Below, in pieces: positions 13,701 to 26,937 of a DNA stretch of 64,000 nt. The position numbers were made by a program, and so were the translations under genes. The stretch comes from Bugula neritina. Its lineage: Eukaryota > Animalia > Bryozoa. A model generated the notes under the pieces. That model saw only the letters and a program-made list of their open reading frames with translations, had not been told where the DNA came from and searched no databases. Where the stretch lies: contig OZ037767.1 of the NCBI GenBank assembly GCA_964035545.1, forward strand, positions 16,985,781 to 17,049,780. The letters are read 5' to 3'. Positions within the stretch are counted from its first letter, which is position 1. The number at the start of each line of letters is the position of its first letter.

Positions 13701-15230
13701 CATTCGATGGCAATAGTTGACGTAATTCTTTCAAGAGTTAAAGCTGCTGTGGTAAATGATTATTAATAGGTTATGATGGTTTTTGCAGAGTCTCTCACTG
13801 AATCTATGTTGATGACAATATCACTTGTTCAACTTGATAGATGATGGTTATAACAGCTGATGATTCCTCTTTCTTCTCTTAAACATCTGCTACTCAATAT
13901 CATAATTATTCTGCACTTTCTTTCTGTATTCTATAAATAGACTGACACAGATATCTGCTGGTCTCAGAGTCTCTCCACTGACAACTCTATTCAGAGTTTA
14001 ACTTCTTCTTATTCTGTTATAATACAGGTGAGTTTATGTAGTAGCAGAAGGCACAATTTAATTATTCTAATTTCTATTGCATGGTGGCAGGGCATATCTA
14101 TAAATTCAATTATGGAGATATATTATAAATTCTATTAGAAATTCTTTACAGATATTTATATCGTGTGCAGGCACTTCAGTTATACAAGATTAAGGTTTTA
14201 TGGCATCTAACAGCTTTAAAAGTAGTTTAAGGTTTCTACAATATTGTCACTTCATTAAAACCTATACCGAAACATTCTTATATAACTTTTAGTTTCGGCA
14301 CACATCAGACAAGAGTTTCATCTTGGTTTGACAGAAATGGGCTGAAAGAAACACATTTATATTCTGCTGAGAACTTTTTCTTTTCTGTTCTCCAAAATTC
14401 TGAATATTTATCATTCGAGATCACAATTGCACCTGAACTTCCGAATCTACAAGTAGACTGAGCTAGTGTCTACAGTACTTACTCAAACTTCCACCTGCAC
14501 TTGGCTCAGGTAAGTTATTTTTAGTTTTTTGTTGCCTATTATCTACATGGTGACTGAGTGAAGGTCAATTTATATAGTTTTTAATATTTTTGGTAATTTT
14601 TTGAGTTAATTAGAATTAGAAGCTTTGAAATGAGATGCTAAAATAAAATACGTTAAAAATTATGTTTTATCATCACCTATATTCTATAATTATTATATAA
14701 CATATTTTTTGTAGATGCGGTACAAAATCCTGTTTGGCTTGTAAAAACACTTCCACATTCTTATTGGACTAAAATTATTTCTGCACTTCTGAATTTCAAG
14801 TAGACTTCCATCCTACTGTGTTCAAGCCTGAAAGGTAAGCTTGATTGAAGAGTTATTTTTCTATTATCTGTGTCATGATAGACTGAGTTGATGCAGTTTT
14901 GGCACTTCTGATTAATATAGGTCAATGTTCAGTGGGGGGGGGGGAAACACTAAATTAGTTATTTAAACTAGCTTTTAATCATTAGTTATAGTCAGTTAGA
15001 AACTCTTGTAGGCAATACAAAACCTTGGCTGGCTGGTAAAAACAGACAAGATCTTCTCTTTGACATGTCACAATACTGGATGGGCTGAAAGCAACACTTT
15101 AATGTTCTGCTGAGAATTTTATCATAACTTCCACATTCTTTCTTCAAGTATTCATCACTCGAGAACTTGGCACATTCCAATTTCAAGTCAATAAACAGTT
15201 TATGTCTACAGTTCTTAAGATATGCAGAAC
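7722..15230. repeat. Tandem segmental duplication, two copies of about 3.7-3.8 kb (7722-11437 and 11438-15230)
   Basis: Collinear matches, e.g. AAGAATATAACTCAATGTGACTGGTGATCTTTA at about 7740 and 11465; ORF pairs 9661/13312 and 11195/14992. Further partial, reshuffled copies at 15400-17500. Confidence 0.93.
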
Positions 15231-17506
15231 TTTAGAACTTTGTAGAGGGTCGAAAGGTGATTTTCTTAGATTGTTGTTTCTGGCTGAAAGTTTGTTGTTG
15301 CAATAATTATTTTGAGTTCTTTTGATTGCTCAAATATATAGCCGAGCTTGAAAATACTGAAACGAAATATTCAAAAGTTCTGTAAATCATTACATATACT
15401 GTTACTGAATCTTGTAGATGGTACAAACCCTGTTTGGCTGGTAAAACACTTCCAGATGTGTATTGGATGAGCAACATATTCCTCATTCTCTACTCTGTAT
15501 GTTGACATTCACACATCTACATCTTAGTAAACTGAAGAGTAGTTTATTAGTGGATCTTCTTAGAACTCCTCTACAATAAATACTCGGCTGGGCACACCAT
15601 GTCTTTCACTGTTGATCAGATGACTCCAAAACTCTATATAGAGGTGAGTCCTTCTTCTACATTCTCTTAGCATTTTGTTTCTTGACTTCCAAATATCTGA
15701 TTAGAAGAACTTAGTAGTTTTCGTTTTTGGATGCTATCCTGTAAAGAGCAGTTTAATTTCTGCACCTATAACCGTTTTTCAAGAATGGTGTAATTTTTGC
15801 TTATGACTGTCATTAAATCTTTGTAGTTGGCTGGTACAAACTTAGAACTCTTCTACAACAAACACTAATCAGACGACTCCAAAACTTTATAATTATAATG
15901 GTGAGTCTTTGTTCTACATTTTCTTAAAATTCTGCTCCTTGACTTCCAATCGTATCTGACTAGAAGGTCTCAGTTAAAGTATTGTTTTTGTCGATTTTTT
16001 GGATGTAAATTTTTATAGAAAAGTTTAATCTTTGCACCTAAACATTTTTGAAGTATGGTATAATTTCTGCACATGACTGTCATTAAACCTTGTAGATGGT
16101 GAGATCACTTGTTGGCTGGTAAAAACACTTCTACATTGTTATTGGAAGATCTGATCCTCTCTGCAAATTCACTTCTGGTGCATCTCTCTTTGATTTCAAG
16201 TAAACAGTAACTCTACTTCTCAGAACATCTCCAAGACTGTTTGTCTTAGATAATTATCCAACACAAATATTTGGAGTGGATCAAGTGAAACACACTTCTA
16301 ATGTATTTCATACTTCAGTTTCTCTATTTTGGAGCTGAATGAATCCCTTCTTGGCTTCAACTGAACACTAGATGTGGCTCAACTGACCATAACTTGGTAG
16401 ACTCTACTCTACTAGGGTAATGGTGAGTTTATGTAATACTTCTATACTATCAGTTTGTATCAGATTATGGAACTCAAGTGGCATGCTTACAGTACGTGTG
16501 TCTAGTTTAGTGTTTGTATGCTGAGATATATAGTAAAATATAGTATAGTAAAATATATAGTAAAACATATTATAGTAAAATATGTAGTAAAATAGTATAG
16601 TAAAATAGTGTAGTAAAACCGTGTAAACTTTGCGTCTTCTGGTTTCAATTTTTTACACTAAATTATCTAAGAATTTACCAAGCAGGGTTTAAAATTTGGG
16701 AAGTCATAGAAAATTTAAAACTTGGCATAGTAATACAATATAAAGCTTCTATTACACCAATTATGTTTACAATAGGCATATATATGTAATGCTTTCAGAA
16801 TATTGTTATTCTAGCAAAACTCCTCTCAGATTCTTTTCATTTGACTTTTTAGGTTCTGCACACATTCCATAAGATCTTCATCTTGACATGTCATAATACT
16901 TGCTGGGCTGAAATAAACGTTTATATGCTGGTAAAAGTTTCTTCCTTTCTGTTCTGCAAACTAGTTGAAGAAGATAACTCAATGTGACTGGTGATCTTTA
17001 CCGGTAAAGGTAAGCTTTTCTCTCTGTCTGTATTTGTTTATACTCTTGCTGCTGATTACAAAATGAAATAAGGCTTTTTAGTCAATTGCAAGGTCTGCTA
17101 ATACACTAATATAGAGGGTTATTTACTAGAGACTGATGTGAACAGCAATTCGTTTGCTTTCTGAACAGAAGCAGACCACCTATGTTATTGAAATATATAT
17201 TTTGTTGTAGAACTATTTAAGAAGAATAAATATCACACTAAGGCTGGTATCCTCACATATTTGGCTGAGTTGAATGAAGATTATTCTGTGGAATATTTTC
17301 ACACCTCAGGACTTTACAGAACAAACAAATCTCCATGTTCTGTTACGAACTTCTTTCTGTTCTGCAAACTTCCAAATATTTATCACCGAGATCACAATTG
17401 CACCTGAACTTCTGGATTTACAAGTAGACTGAGCCAGAGTCTGCAGTACTTGCTCAGAATATTATACCAAAACTTCCACCTGCACTTCTTTGAGCTCTAA
17501 GGTAAG
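7792..17506 (+). ncRNA. Putative multi-exonic long non-coding transcript (or extended 3' UTR) built of about 20 homologous exon+intron cassettes
   Basis: Regular alternation of GTAAG/GTGAG donors (7792, 8548, 9033, 9444, 9936, 10271, 10759, 11060, 11507 [GTTAG], 12270, 12748, 13160, 13641, 14028, 14510, 14835, 15644, 15901, 16423, 17010, 17502) with T-rich YAG acceptors (7987, 8787, 9215, 9660, 10082, 10528, 10939, 11220, 11702, 12502, 12933, 13381, 13788, 14292, 14714, 15011, 15417, 15826, 16095, 16852, 17210). All are on +, and there is no long ORF. Confidence 0.5.
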
Positions 17507-17967
17507 CCTATATAGTTTCTATTATCTATCTTAGTGAAGGTTTAGCATGGATTGTAAATTATTTTAGCTAATCAGACATACCTATTTTTTAAATGTGTTG
17601 TAAATATTTGAAACAATTTTCAGAATGACCTACACTGTTCATGGATGTTTGTTTGTTTCAGTTTATAAAACATTGTTTCCCTATAGAGTTTTCAAACTTG
17701 TTGATATGATCGTTTGATCTCCCTGTGCGTGATGGCGGCATGAGTTATTTGGCAGATGGAGAATATATTTTTTTTATGACGTCTACTAGCTCACTGAATT
17801 TCTGCTCAAACCTTTAATCAAAACCAAAAGTGAGTTATTGGAAAATTGGCATTTTGAGCAGTTTACTTATAGTTATCTACTACTAGATAATAGCATAATG
17901 TATCAATCATTAGATGATATAATTGCTTTTTATGTTCCATTATTTGTATAAAGCCATTTGCAACTAA

Positions 17968-18362
17968 GTACACAGTGTTTTCATGGAGATACTTTGTATA
18001 CATGCGTTGTCATAGTGATACTATGTATACACGTGTTGTCATGGTGATACTATGTACACAGTGTTGTCATGGTGATACTATGTATACATGTGTTGTCATG
18101 GTGATACTATGTATACATGTGTTGTCATGGTGATACTATGTATACATGTGTTGTCATGGTGATACTATGTATACATGTGTTGTCATGGTGATACTATGTA
18201 TACATGTGTTGTCATGGTGATACTATGTATACATGTGTTGTCATGGTGATACTTTGTATACATGTGTTGTCATAGTGATACTATGTATACATGTGTTGTC
18301 ATAGTGATACGTTGTATACATGTGTTGTCATAGTGATACTTTGTATACATGTGTTGTCATGG
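17968..18362. repeat. 29-bp tandem repeat (TGTGTTGTCATGGTGATACTATGTATACA)
   Basis: About 13 copies seen directly. Confidence 0.95.
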
Positions 18363-20449
18363 TAATGAAAGTTTGTTTCTAGAAAGCAGGTACTAGCCAG
18401 GACCACCAGCTGACAGGTGAAGGTAGTAGTAGTAGTCAACAGACATAGTTTGGTCACATGTATTAATACTTCCTGTTACATCTTGCGACAGTTTAAATAA
18501 AATACACTGGTATATTTAGCACTGGGTGAAATTTTAGAGTTCTTAGTTTAAATGTGTGACCGGACAATCTTTGATTTTTGTTAATTTATAATTTTCAGCT
18601 GCTTTTTAATTTACAACATTTATACAATGATTGAGAAAGTCCCAGCAAATTCAGCATAAATTCTTATAATTGGTACCAATTTAGCCGTTAATGAGTTAGC
18701 TAAGCGAAACTCTACAACCTCATGCTTTCCAACTTGGGTAGCTGTTGAGATGCTGGGGGAATCTGATGCATGATTGTAGTTAATGTCTGTTGGAATGTAG
18801 ATAGGCAACTCCTATATTGACGATTCACAAAAGTAAAATGAAGTTTTGATCTAGGAAAGTAACTGTAGAATATGATGATATGTTCTTCAGTCATAAACAG
18901 TGGATAGTGTGTTGTATTTCAGTGACTTCCTTTCACAGTCAGCCACTATCAGAGTAGTCTTCACACCTCATATCAACATCTGTCTCTCTAGAGCAGCTGT
19001 ACATAGTATAACTGAGTGTATTTATTACTCTGGTCTACCATGCAGAGATGGGAATTACCTTTTAATGAGGTGAAGACTTTTACTTTCTAATATGTTACAG
19101 TAACTCTCTGAAGGTATTTTATTGTAACACACTATTGTTTAAAGCTTAAACTCAACCATTTGAGTTCTGTTATTGGTAGTGATCAACGAGCAGAGGTTGA
19201 TTTGATTCTTGATATTTATATACTGAGTTTTAGCAATTATTGAATAACTTTAAATTTGTAGTCATGCACTGCAGGAAAATCAACCACTCGGTTTACGGAA
19301 CTGAAACAGTTTATGAAATAAAATCAAAACCTTTAATTGGCCAGTCATTGACAGCTCTAAAATATCCAACATGGTAGATAAACTTTCCCAGATAATCTCT
19401 CTGCACTGGACAGTCACACAGTACAACCTCTGTGAGCGTCAACCAACTCTGACAGGGACAGATAATTTCTAATCAGAGGTAAATTGGGCTGTTGGTTTTC
19501 CTGTTATTTATATAATAGTTTGCGTGAATTCACATTTGCCCCGCAGATAGCTAAGGCACTACTTATCTTAGAACTGTCAGCATTAACATTACTATCAGCT
19601 ATAATAGTGAAGATTTATTTAGGCTGAGCTCATTTCTATTGTAGAAAATTCCGCAGCAACTTTTATCACAGATCTCTTATCTATTACCTTTTATCTCATA
19701 TAATAGTTTCTTCTGGAGTTCACCAGGAAACTGTTGCTCTCAATGCTCTCTACCATGTCTGTAGACATCAGTGTGAAATGGCCCTCAGCCCTGGTGATAT
19801 ATGCATCAATACTTAACACTTGCTTCATAAACATAAACATAATTTTCTGCATGTTATTTGTTGGCTAAGTTGCAACATTAAGGTCATTAGTTGATTTTTG
19901 TTTAGAATGTAATATTATGGTTTTTAATCGACTTTAAAGTTTGTAAATACTAATTTATATGGCAGATAATTTTTTCATCTTATAAGATTGTGAAGCACAA
20001 CAGAAAATATTAGACTTTTAAGAGACTTTGCTTTATAAGCCTCGTGCAGGTTATTGTAGCCTCAGCTATCCGTTAGGCTTTTGTTTTAAGAAACTTCCTA
20101 ATTTGGATGAACGTAGAGCAAGTAGTGAAATGAAGTTCTCTCAGCAGAACTTGAATCTAATGCTATACACAGTTTTCAAAGGATTGACTCTAATAGGCTA
20201 TATATAACATGGCTTCATTGATGGCCTTAATTTGACAATAATTAGAGTGCTCAGTGAATTTTAGAATGCGAAGTGGCTAAAAGCTGAATGGATTAATTTT
20301 ATTTGGTAACATAACAGAAAATCACTAAAACTACTATTCATAAATAGGCAGTTTTACTTAAAGTAGTAAAAATGGTATCTAGAGTCTAAGAACCAGTTTA
20401 ATTAAACCTTTTCTATTGATTACATCTAAAGCTATTTTCTAGAATAAGT

Positions 20450-22090
20450 TTGCTGTAGCTGTCTAAAATTGTTTATTGGGCTGTTTTAAATTACTACATT
20501 CTAGGATAATTTTACACGCTGTAATATTTGAAATATACACTACAGCTTATTGTAGTAAACTTCTATATAGTCAAACAATTGAGTGAAATTTATTAGCTAA
20601 GTTTTTATCTAAAGTAGGCACTAGAATGTTGAAAAGTAGAGCCAGATATTTAAAGTTTAATGAAAATGATGCCCAATAAGTATATCTTTCAGTAACTAAA
20701 CTAATATCTACAAATACAGCTAACAGCTGCCCACAGCACGAAGGCCTATCAACAGCTAACTAACTGTAACTAGTAGCACTAATTTATCTTTTTTACGGAT
20801 ATTCCAACTCTCATTGGCTATAATAGTAAACAATATACATGTATTTAATTTGCTATATGTTGTATAATTTGAATATGCATATATACCATTGCTTATAACA
20901 CAAACACACACCTACACCACACACGCACCACTCACCTACACTACACACACGCACACTACAGACAGACACCCAGACACCACACACACACAGCTGAAGTACA
21001 TGCGTAACCGTAGCATAAGCCTAGCTGTAATATAGTCATAATTCATAACTGTAGTATAGACATATAACTGTAATATAGACATATAGCTGTAACATAGTCA
21101 TATAGCTGTAATATAGTCATATAGCTGTAATATAGTCATATAGCTGTAATATAGTCATATAGCTGTAATATAGTCATATAACTGTAATATAAACATAGTG
21201 ATAGTAGAAGTATAGCTGTAATATAGTCATATAGCTGTAACATAGTCATATAGCTGTAACATAGTCATATAACTAATATAGTCATATAGCTGTAACATAG
21301 TCATATAGTTACAATATAGTCATATAACTAATATAGTCATATAGTTACAATATAGTCATATAGCTGTAATATAGACATATAGCTGTCATATAGTCATATA
21401 ACTGTAATATAGTCATATAGCTGTAATATAGTCATATAGCTGTAATATAGACATATAGCTGTAACATAGACGTATAGCTGTAATATAGTCATATAGTTGT
21501 AATATAGACATATAGCTGTAATATAGTCATATAGCTGTAATATAGACATAGTGATAGTAGAAGTATAGCTGTAATATAAGCATAATTGTAGTGTAGACAT
21601 AGCTATAGTATAAACTTATATGTATGTATGTAAATAATATATGTATATTCAAATAATACAACATATGGTATCTTATATGTATATTGTTGACTAAAAGCTA
21701 TAATTATTATAGAGCCCATAACAGTTAAAATATCTGTAAGAAATAAATTAGTGCTACTAGCTACTAGTTAGTTAGCTGTTAATATTGGTAATAGTGCTCT
21801 TAGCAGCTGTTAGCTGTATTATTAGACATTAGTTTAGTTACTGAAAGATATACTTATTCATGAGCATCATTATCATTATTATAAACTTTAAATATCTGGC
21901 TCTACTTTTCAACATTCTAGTGCCTATTTTAGATCAAACTTTTGCTAATAAACTCCACACAATTGTTCCACGCTATAGCAGTTTACTCTGATAAGCTCCT
22001 GTGTATATTTTCAAATATTACAACACATAAAGTTATTTTAGCATGTAATAGTTTAATGCAGCCTAATAAACAACTCTAAACAGCTACAAA
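20450..22090. mobile_element. Foldback/MITE-like element: about 440-bp imperfect inverted arms enclosing a CA tract and a 19-bp tandem array
   Basis: Arms at about 20450-20885 and 21635-22090; 20615-20658 is the exact reverse complement of 21883-21926. No transposase, and no TSD resolved. Confidence 0.65.
21020..21600. repeat. 19-bp tandem repeat (TAGCTGTAATATAGTCATA)
   Basis: About 30 variant copies between the inverted arms. Confidence 0.93.
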
Positions 22091-23559
22091 AAATAGAATA
22101 AGTGTCAAGAGTTTAATTAAACTGTTATTGCTATATACATGCATGTGTAAAACTTTAGAGACATAACTGCAGTTTAAGCATAGCTGTATAAGTGTATAGT
22201 ATAGACATATAGCTATATAGTGTAAGTTTAGCTGTATTATATAGTATATACATATTTAACCTGTAAGCTCTTACTTGTACACTTGTATTAAGTTAGTCTT
22301 ACTTATACCCATCTTGGTTAATCAGATACAGATATTTAAGCTGGTCAAATACCAGCAAAATATTGCTAGCACATGTATAAAAAAGTTACTGTAAAATGGA
22401 CCAGTTATAATTTGTAAGTAGCCTATATATTGAAACAGGCCTGTGCTTATGTAGTATGAATATATCAAGTAGTTTTGACCACTTGGCATTCTGATTTCGA
22501 TAAGACCTGTCGCCAGTATTATTACTGATGGTGATTTGTAACTAATATTTTCAAATCTGTGAAAACTTTTCAGTTTAGTTTGGATTAAAATTTCATAAAA
22601 ACCTGTTTACTCCTGACTTCTGATTGAGGTTAATCAAATAACATCTTTATGCATTGCAAAGTCGTTGGAGCCTAAAGGAAAGTTGACATTGCTAGAACAA
22701 CTTAAGATATGAAAGGAACAAAATGTTAGATAACTTTTAGAATCTAATATTTTTTGTTGTGCAAACTGTATTTTTCAATTTATTTTTATTTTCTGTTTAA
22801 GTCATGGTATTTTTATACGAAAAAATAGTCAAGTAGTTTGATTCAGTTTCAATAAAAAATTAAATTAGAACATCCATGAAACAATGCTGAGTTGTATTTG
22901 TTTATTAAATGCAAACTTTTTACAAAAAAACCAATTCAGGGTGACCTGTAATTATTAAGCCCTATGGTTCAAGCAATCTCGACAGGTTGTTGGAGTTGGG
23001 TGCTTATTTTATGAATTGCATCTTCGAAGCTTAAGATGCAGAAACCTTTACAGCATCATTTAGTCACTATTTTTATTGACTACAGACACTAGTCTACCGA
23101 TACTGTAATCACAAAACAATGCTGCATAAGCTATTTAATAGCTAGCCAAAAATTCACCATCACTAAAATATATTATGCTGAAAATGACTTCACATGCAGT
23201 TGCAATCTAAACATAGTCAACTGTCTGTTGTATTTCATTAGCAAAAAGATGCAATTTAAATGACAGCGCGTATAAATAGCAATACTGCTCAATAATTATT
23301 TTTACTCTCTTGGAATTTATTTGCATTTTAATAATGCATGTGTAGGAATATAATGAATGTAAATCGAGAGCACAAGAATAATGTCCTTTTTGTTCGTTCA
23401 GAATTGGGCACATTTTTAATATTTCGAGTTGTCTGTTCACTTTTGCGCATTTATAGACTTGGTTACGACAATTTAATCAATAAAATCTAGGTTGCGCGTT
23501 TGGTAAACTTTTGCTAAACGAAATTTTGCGAGAATCCGGTGAATGGCAACAAGATTGGA

Positions 23560-23887
23560 GCACTATAGTCTATATAAGACCACTATTAGTATTACTATTA
23601 GTAGAAATTGAATAGAACTTTTTGTTTTGGAAATATTTTTAAAGTTTTTATCAAACCTCTGGATTATTGTACGACTGTAATGTGATTTTCTTCAATTTAT
23701 TGCAACTCAAATTTATTGTTATATTATAAATAAAGGTCTTGTGCTGATTTTTATGGCATGAATATTGAATTTAACATTAATGTAAAAGTACTCAAGGCAG
23801 GCGTCAGTGATTAGTCGCTTACAGTTACAGTTGGAGTTAATATTCGAGTCCTCCGTTATCAGTTCAGTTCTCTGCCCGTGGGTAAGT
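23560..23887 (+). promoter_or_regulatory. Candidate promoter and non-coding first exon of the PPP2R5 gene
   Basis: CpG-enriched patch about 23390-23560, TATATAAG at 23571, strong donor G|GTAAGT at 23882, and a candidate acceptor TTTATTCAG at about 25639, upstream of ATG 25747. Confidence 0.35.
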
Positions 23888-25746
23888 ACTACTATTATAC
23901 TACTATAATACTTCTAGTTAATGTTATGCTTTTAGTCATATTCATATTGATATTGAATTTCAATTTGATAAAATTAGGTGTTAACAATAACTAAGTTTAA
24001 GAATAATTGTAAATAGTTAGAGTAATATTGTAATAGTAACTATTAATATTAGTATTACATATACTATCACCATATCAGTACGAGTATTACTGTATTAGCA
24101 TGCGAGTATGTCTATAGCATTACATTTAGTATAACTATAGTCTATAAGTATCACCATTGAGTTTGACTAATTTAACAATTAATGTAAGATTAAGAGTAAG
24201 TGTAACTGAAAGTGTAAGTTTTAAATTTAATTTAGCATATTTAGGTTTTTAAATAATAAATTTATTCACTTGTAGTTTATGTTTCACTTTAAATTTAAAT
24301 GAACGTTGAATTTCTACTTTTTTACTTCTATTGTTTTGTTTGTACTTCTCGCCTTAGGTTCGCAACTTTAGCTAAGTCCTATTATTATTACTATTAGTAT
24401 TATTATGATTATCTTCATTATTATTAGTTTTTTTTCTATATTTAATATTATAATATTGCTATTATCACAATCATGACGGTAATCCTTATTCTAGTCAAAC
24501 TCAAAATGAATGCGGATGCCCTAGTGACCCTAGTGATAATCAATAGTAATACTGATACTGATGATAATAGTCTCAACGTCAATACTATAATAAAATTAAA
24601 TTTAAAATAAGATCTTATTCTTACTATAACCTAAAGTTAAACTTCTTCTCTTACTAAGTCTAATAGTGATAGTAATAGCCAATACCAGTATGAGTATTAG
24701 TATAAGTATGATTGTTATGATTACTAATACTATGGCTAATGGGTAATACTAATAATAATATTGATACTAATAGTCCCTAACTATGCTAATAATAGTAGTA
24801 TAAACATTGTGGTTATAAGTGATGTTACGTTTGTTCTTCACAACGAAATTTTGCCTTAATGCTAATACTAGTAGCCACAGTGACTATCCACATAGTTATC
24901 GTAGTCATAGTCATGATGATAGATAGTCATAGTCATTTCGTTATCAGTATCACAATTATGACCGCCATGATTATCATCACAGTTTCTATCACAACTCTGG
25001 AATGATACTAGCTTGTGTTTTGAATGTTTAACATTTACATGAGCATTCATATAAATATTATTATATATTTATAGTAATAATAATTGAAGGCGAAGGTCGA
25101 TTGGATTGCTTTTGTTTTCATTCATGAAGATGTTCATTGTTATATATCTATTATTAAAAGTCTTACTAGATAAAATTTTGCTATGTTTACTAGTCAAATT
25201 AACTAGAAGTGTATTTAAAGTTTTGTCTATAAGTATATATTATATTTGGTAAGTACCTAACTCCTATAAATTATTCAAAAAGTATAATAGAATATGTTGT
25301 TATGGGGATTTTAGATAGGAATTGTTCTATTGAAAAAACTTTGTATGTGTTCGTGCATGTGTGTGTGTATATAATATAGTTTTACAATAGTCTGGTGACC
25401 AGATAAGGTGTTCATGTATTGTGCTTACAATTGCTGTAGAAATTAAAACCCACAGCTCCCATCAGATCCTTTGAAAACACAAGTTGGTAAATACTTTTTG
25501 TATTTTATTTTCTGGTCTTGTAGTTTGAAGGAGAGTTAAATAGAAGCTTCATGTTTTAAGTTGAAATAGTTTCTTTTAAAGTGGAAGTATACTGTTCTGC
25601 TGTGCAGTGACATTATAGCGTAGTAATATCTTTATTCAGGAATAGAGCTCTCTTTTGTTGGAGATAAATTAGAAGACCTCATATGACCTAGTATATAGAG
25701 CGGCTTTATTCACATCAACGCTGTGAACTTGGTGACTTTAGTTAAC

Positions 25747-26900
25747 ATGGCTTTAAGTACGCCAAAAATGGACAAACTCATGATGGGGACAAAGATGACG
25801 GACGCCGACAATGCCTTCGGCCATAAGCAGGCTCTGAAGGTGAAGAAGCAGAAGAAAAGCCAGGGTTCCTCTCGGTATCGGCCGGTTGGGGCGCAGGAAC
25901 TGGTGGCCCTTCCCCAACTGAGAGGTAGTGTAGCCTCCTATAGCAGAGTGTTATGTGTGTTACGAATCATTCTATAAGTAGCTCCGAGTTGGGAGACTGA
26001 GTGCAGTAGTTTGGGGTTCTAGAGTTTGGAGTTGTGAGCTCCATGTTTCAACTCCCAACTAGAGAATCCCAACTACTGTCTAGTTTAGTGTAGCTTGTGT
26101 TGAGGGTGAGTTAGCACGTAGTACTGGTACTCTTAGATACTCCGCCAACCGAGCAGGAAGAGTTGTTGATAAAGAAGCTCCTGCAGTGCTGCAACGTCTT
26201 CAACTTCATGGACCCTGTGGCCGACCTGAAGAGCAAGGAGATAAAGAGGGCGTGTCTCAACGAGCTGGTGGACTACGTGACGGCTACTCGGGGAATCCTC
26301 ACCGACCAGGTCTACCCAGAGATCGTCAAGATGGTGAGTCACTATGACTACTCCGTTAGTTACTTTGACTACTCTGTCAGTCACTATGACTACTCTGTTA
26401 GTTACTTTACTACTCTGTTAGTTACTTTTACTACTCTGTTAGTCACTATAACTACTCTGTTAGTTACTTTTACTACACTGTTAGTTACTTTGACTCCTAT
26501 CTACTAGTATAAGTAACTCTCAATGTTGTAACATAGTCACTTCATCAGCTGCTACTAGTAAATTATTTGCCTCTTAGAATCTTTTCTACAGATTCTGTGT
26601 CATGTTTTACCTCTAATAGTTTCATTTCTCTTCTGCACAAGTATTCACATATGCTTGTCACTCACTCTTGTGTTCTCTTCTCTGAAAACTATTTTCATAA
26701 TAGGACAACATTAACCCAAACCCCCTCTCTCTCACTCACTCACTCACACACACACACACACACACTCACACACACATACACACACACTCACACACATACA
26801 CACACACTCACACACACACACATACACACATACACACACACACACACATACACACACACTCACACACACACACACTCACACACACTCACACACACACACG

Positions 26901-26937
<37 letters not shown>

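Noticed and set aside
7722-17506. Array as an intact multi-exon protein-coding gene
   Set aside because: The exons I translated have stops in all three frames, and paralogous copies differ by frameshifting indels.
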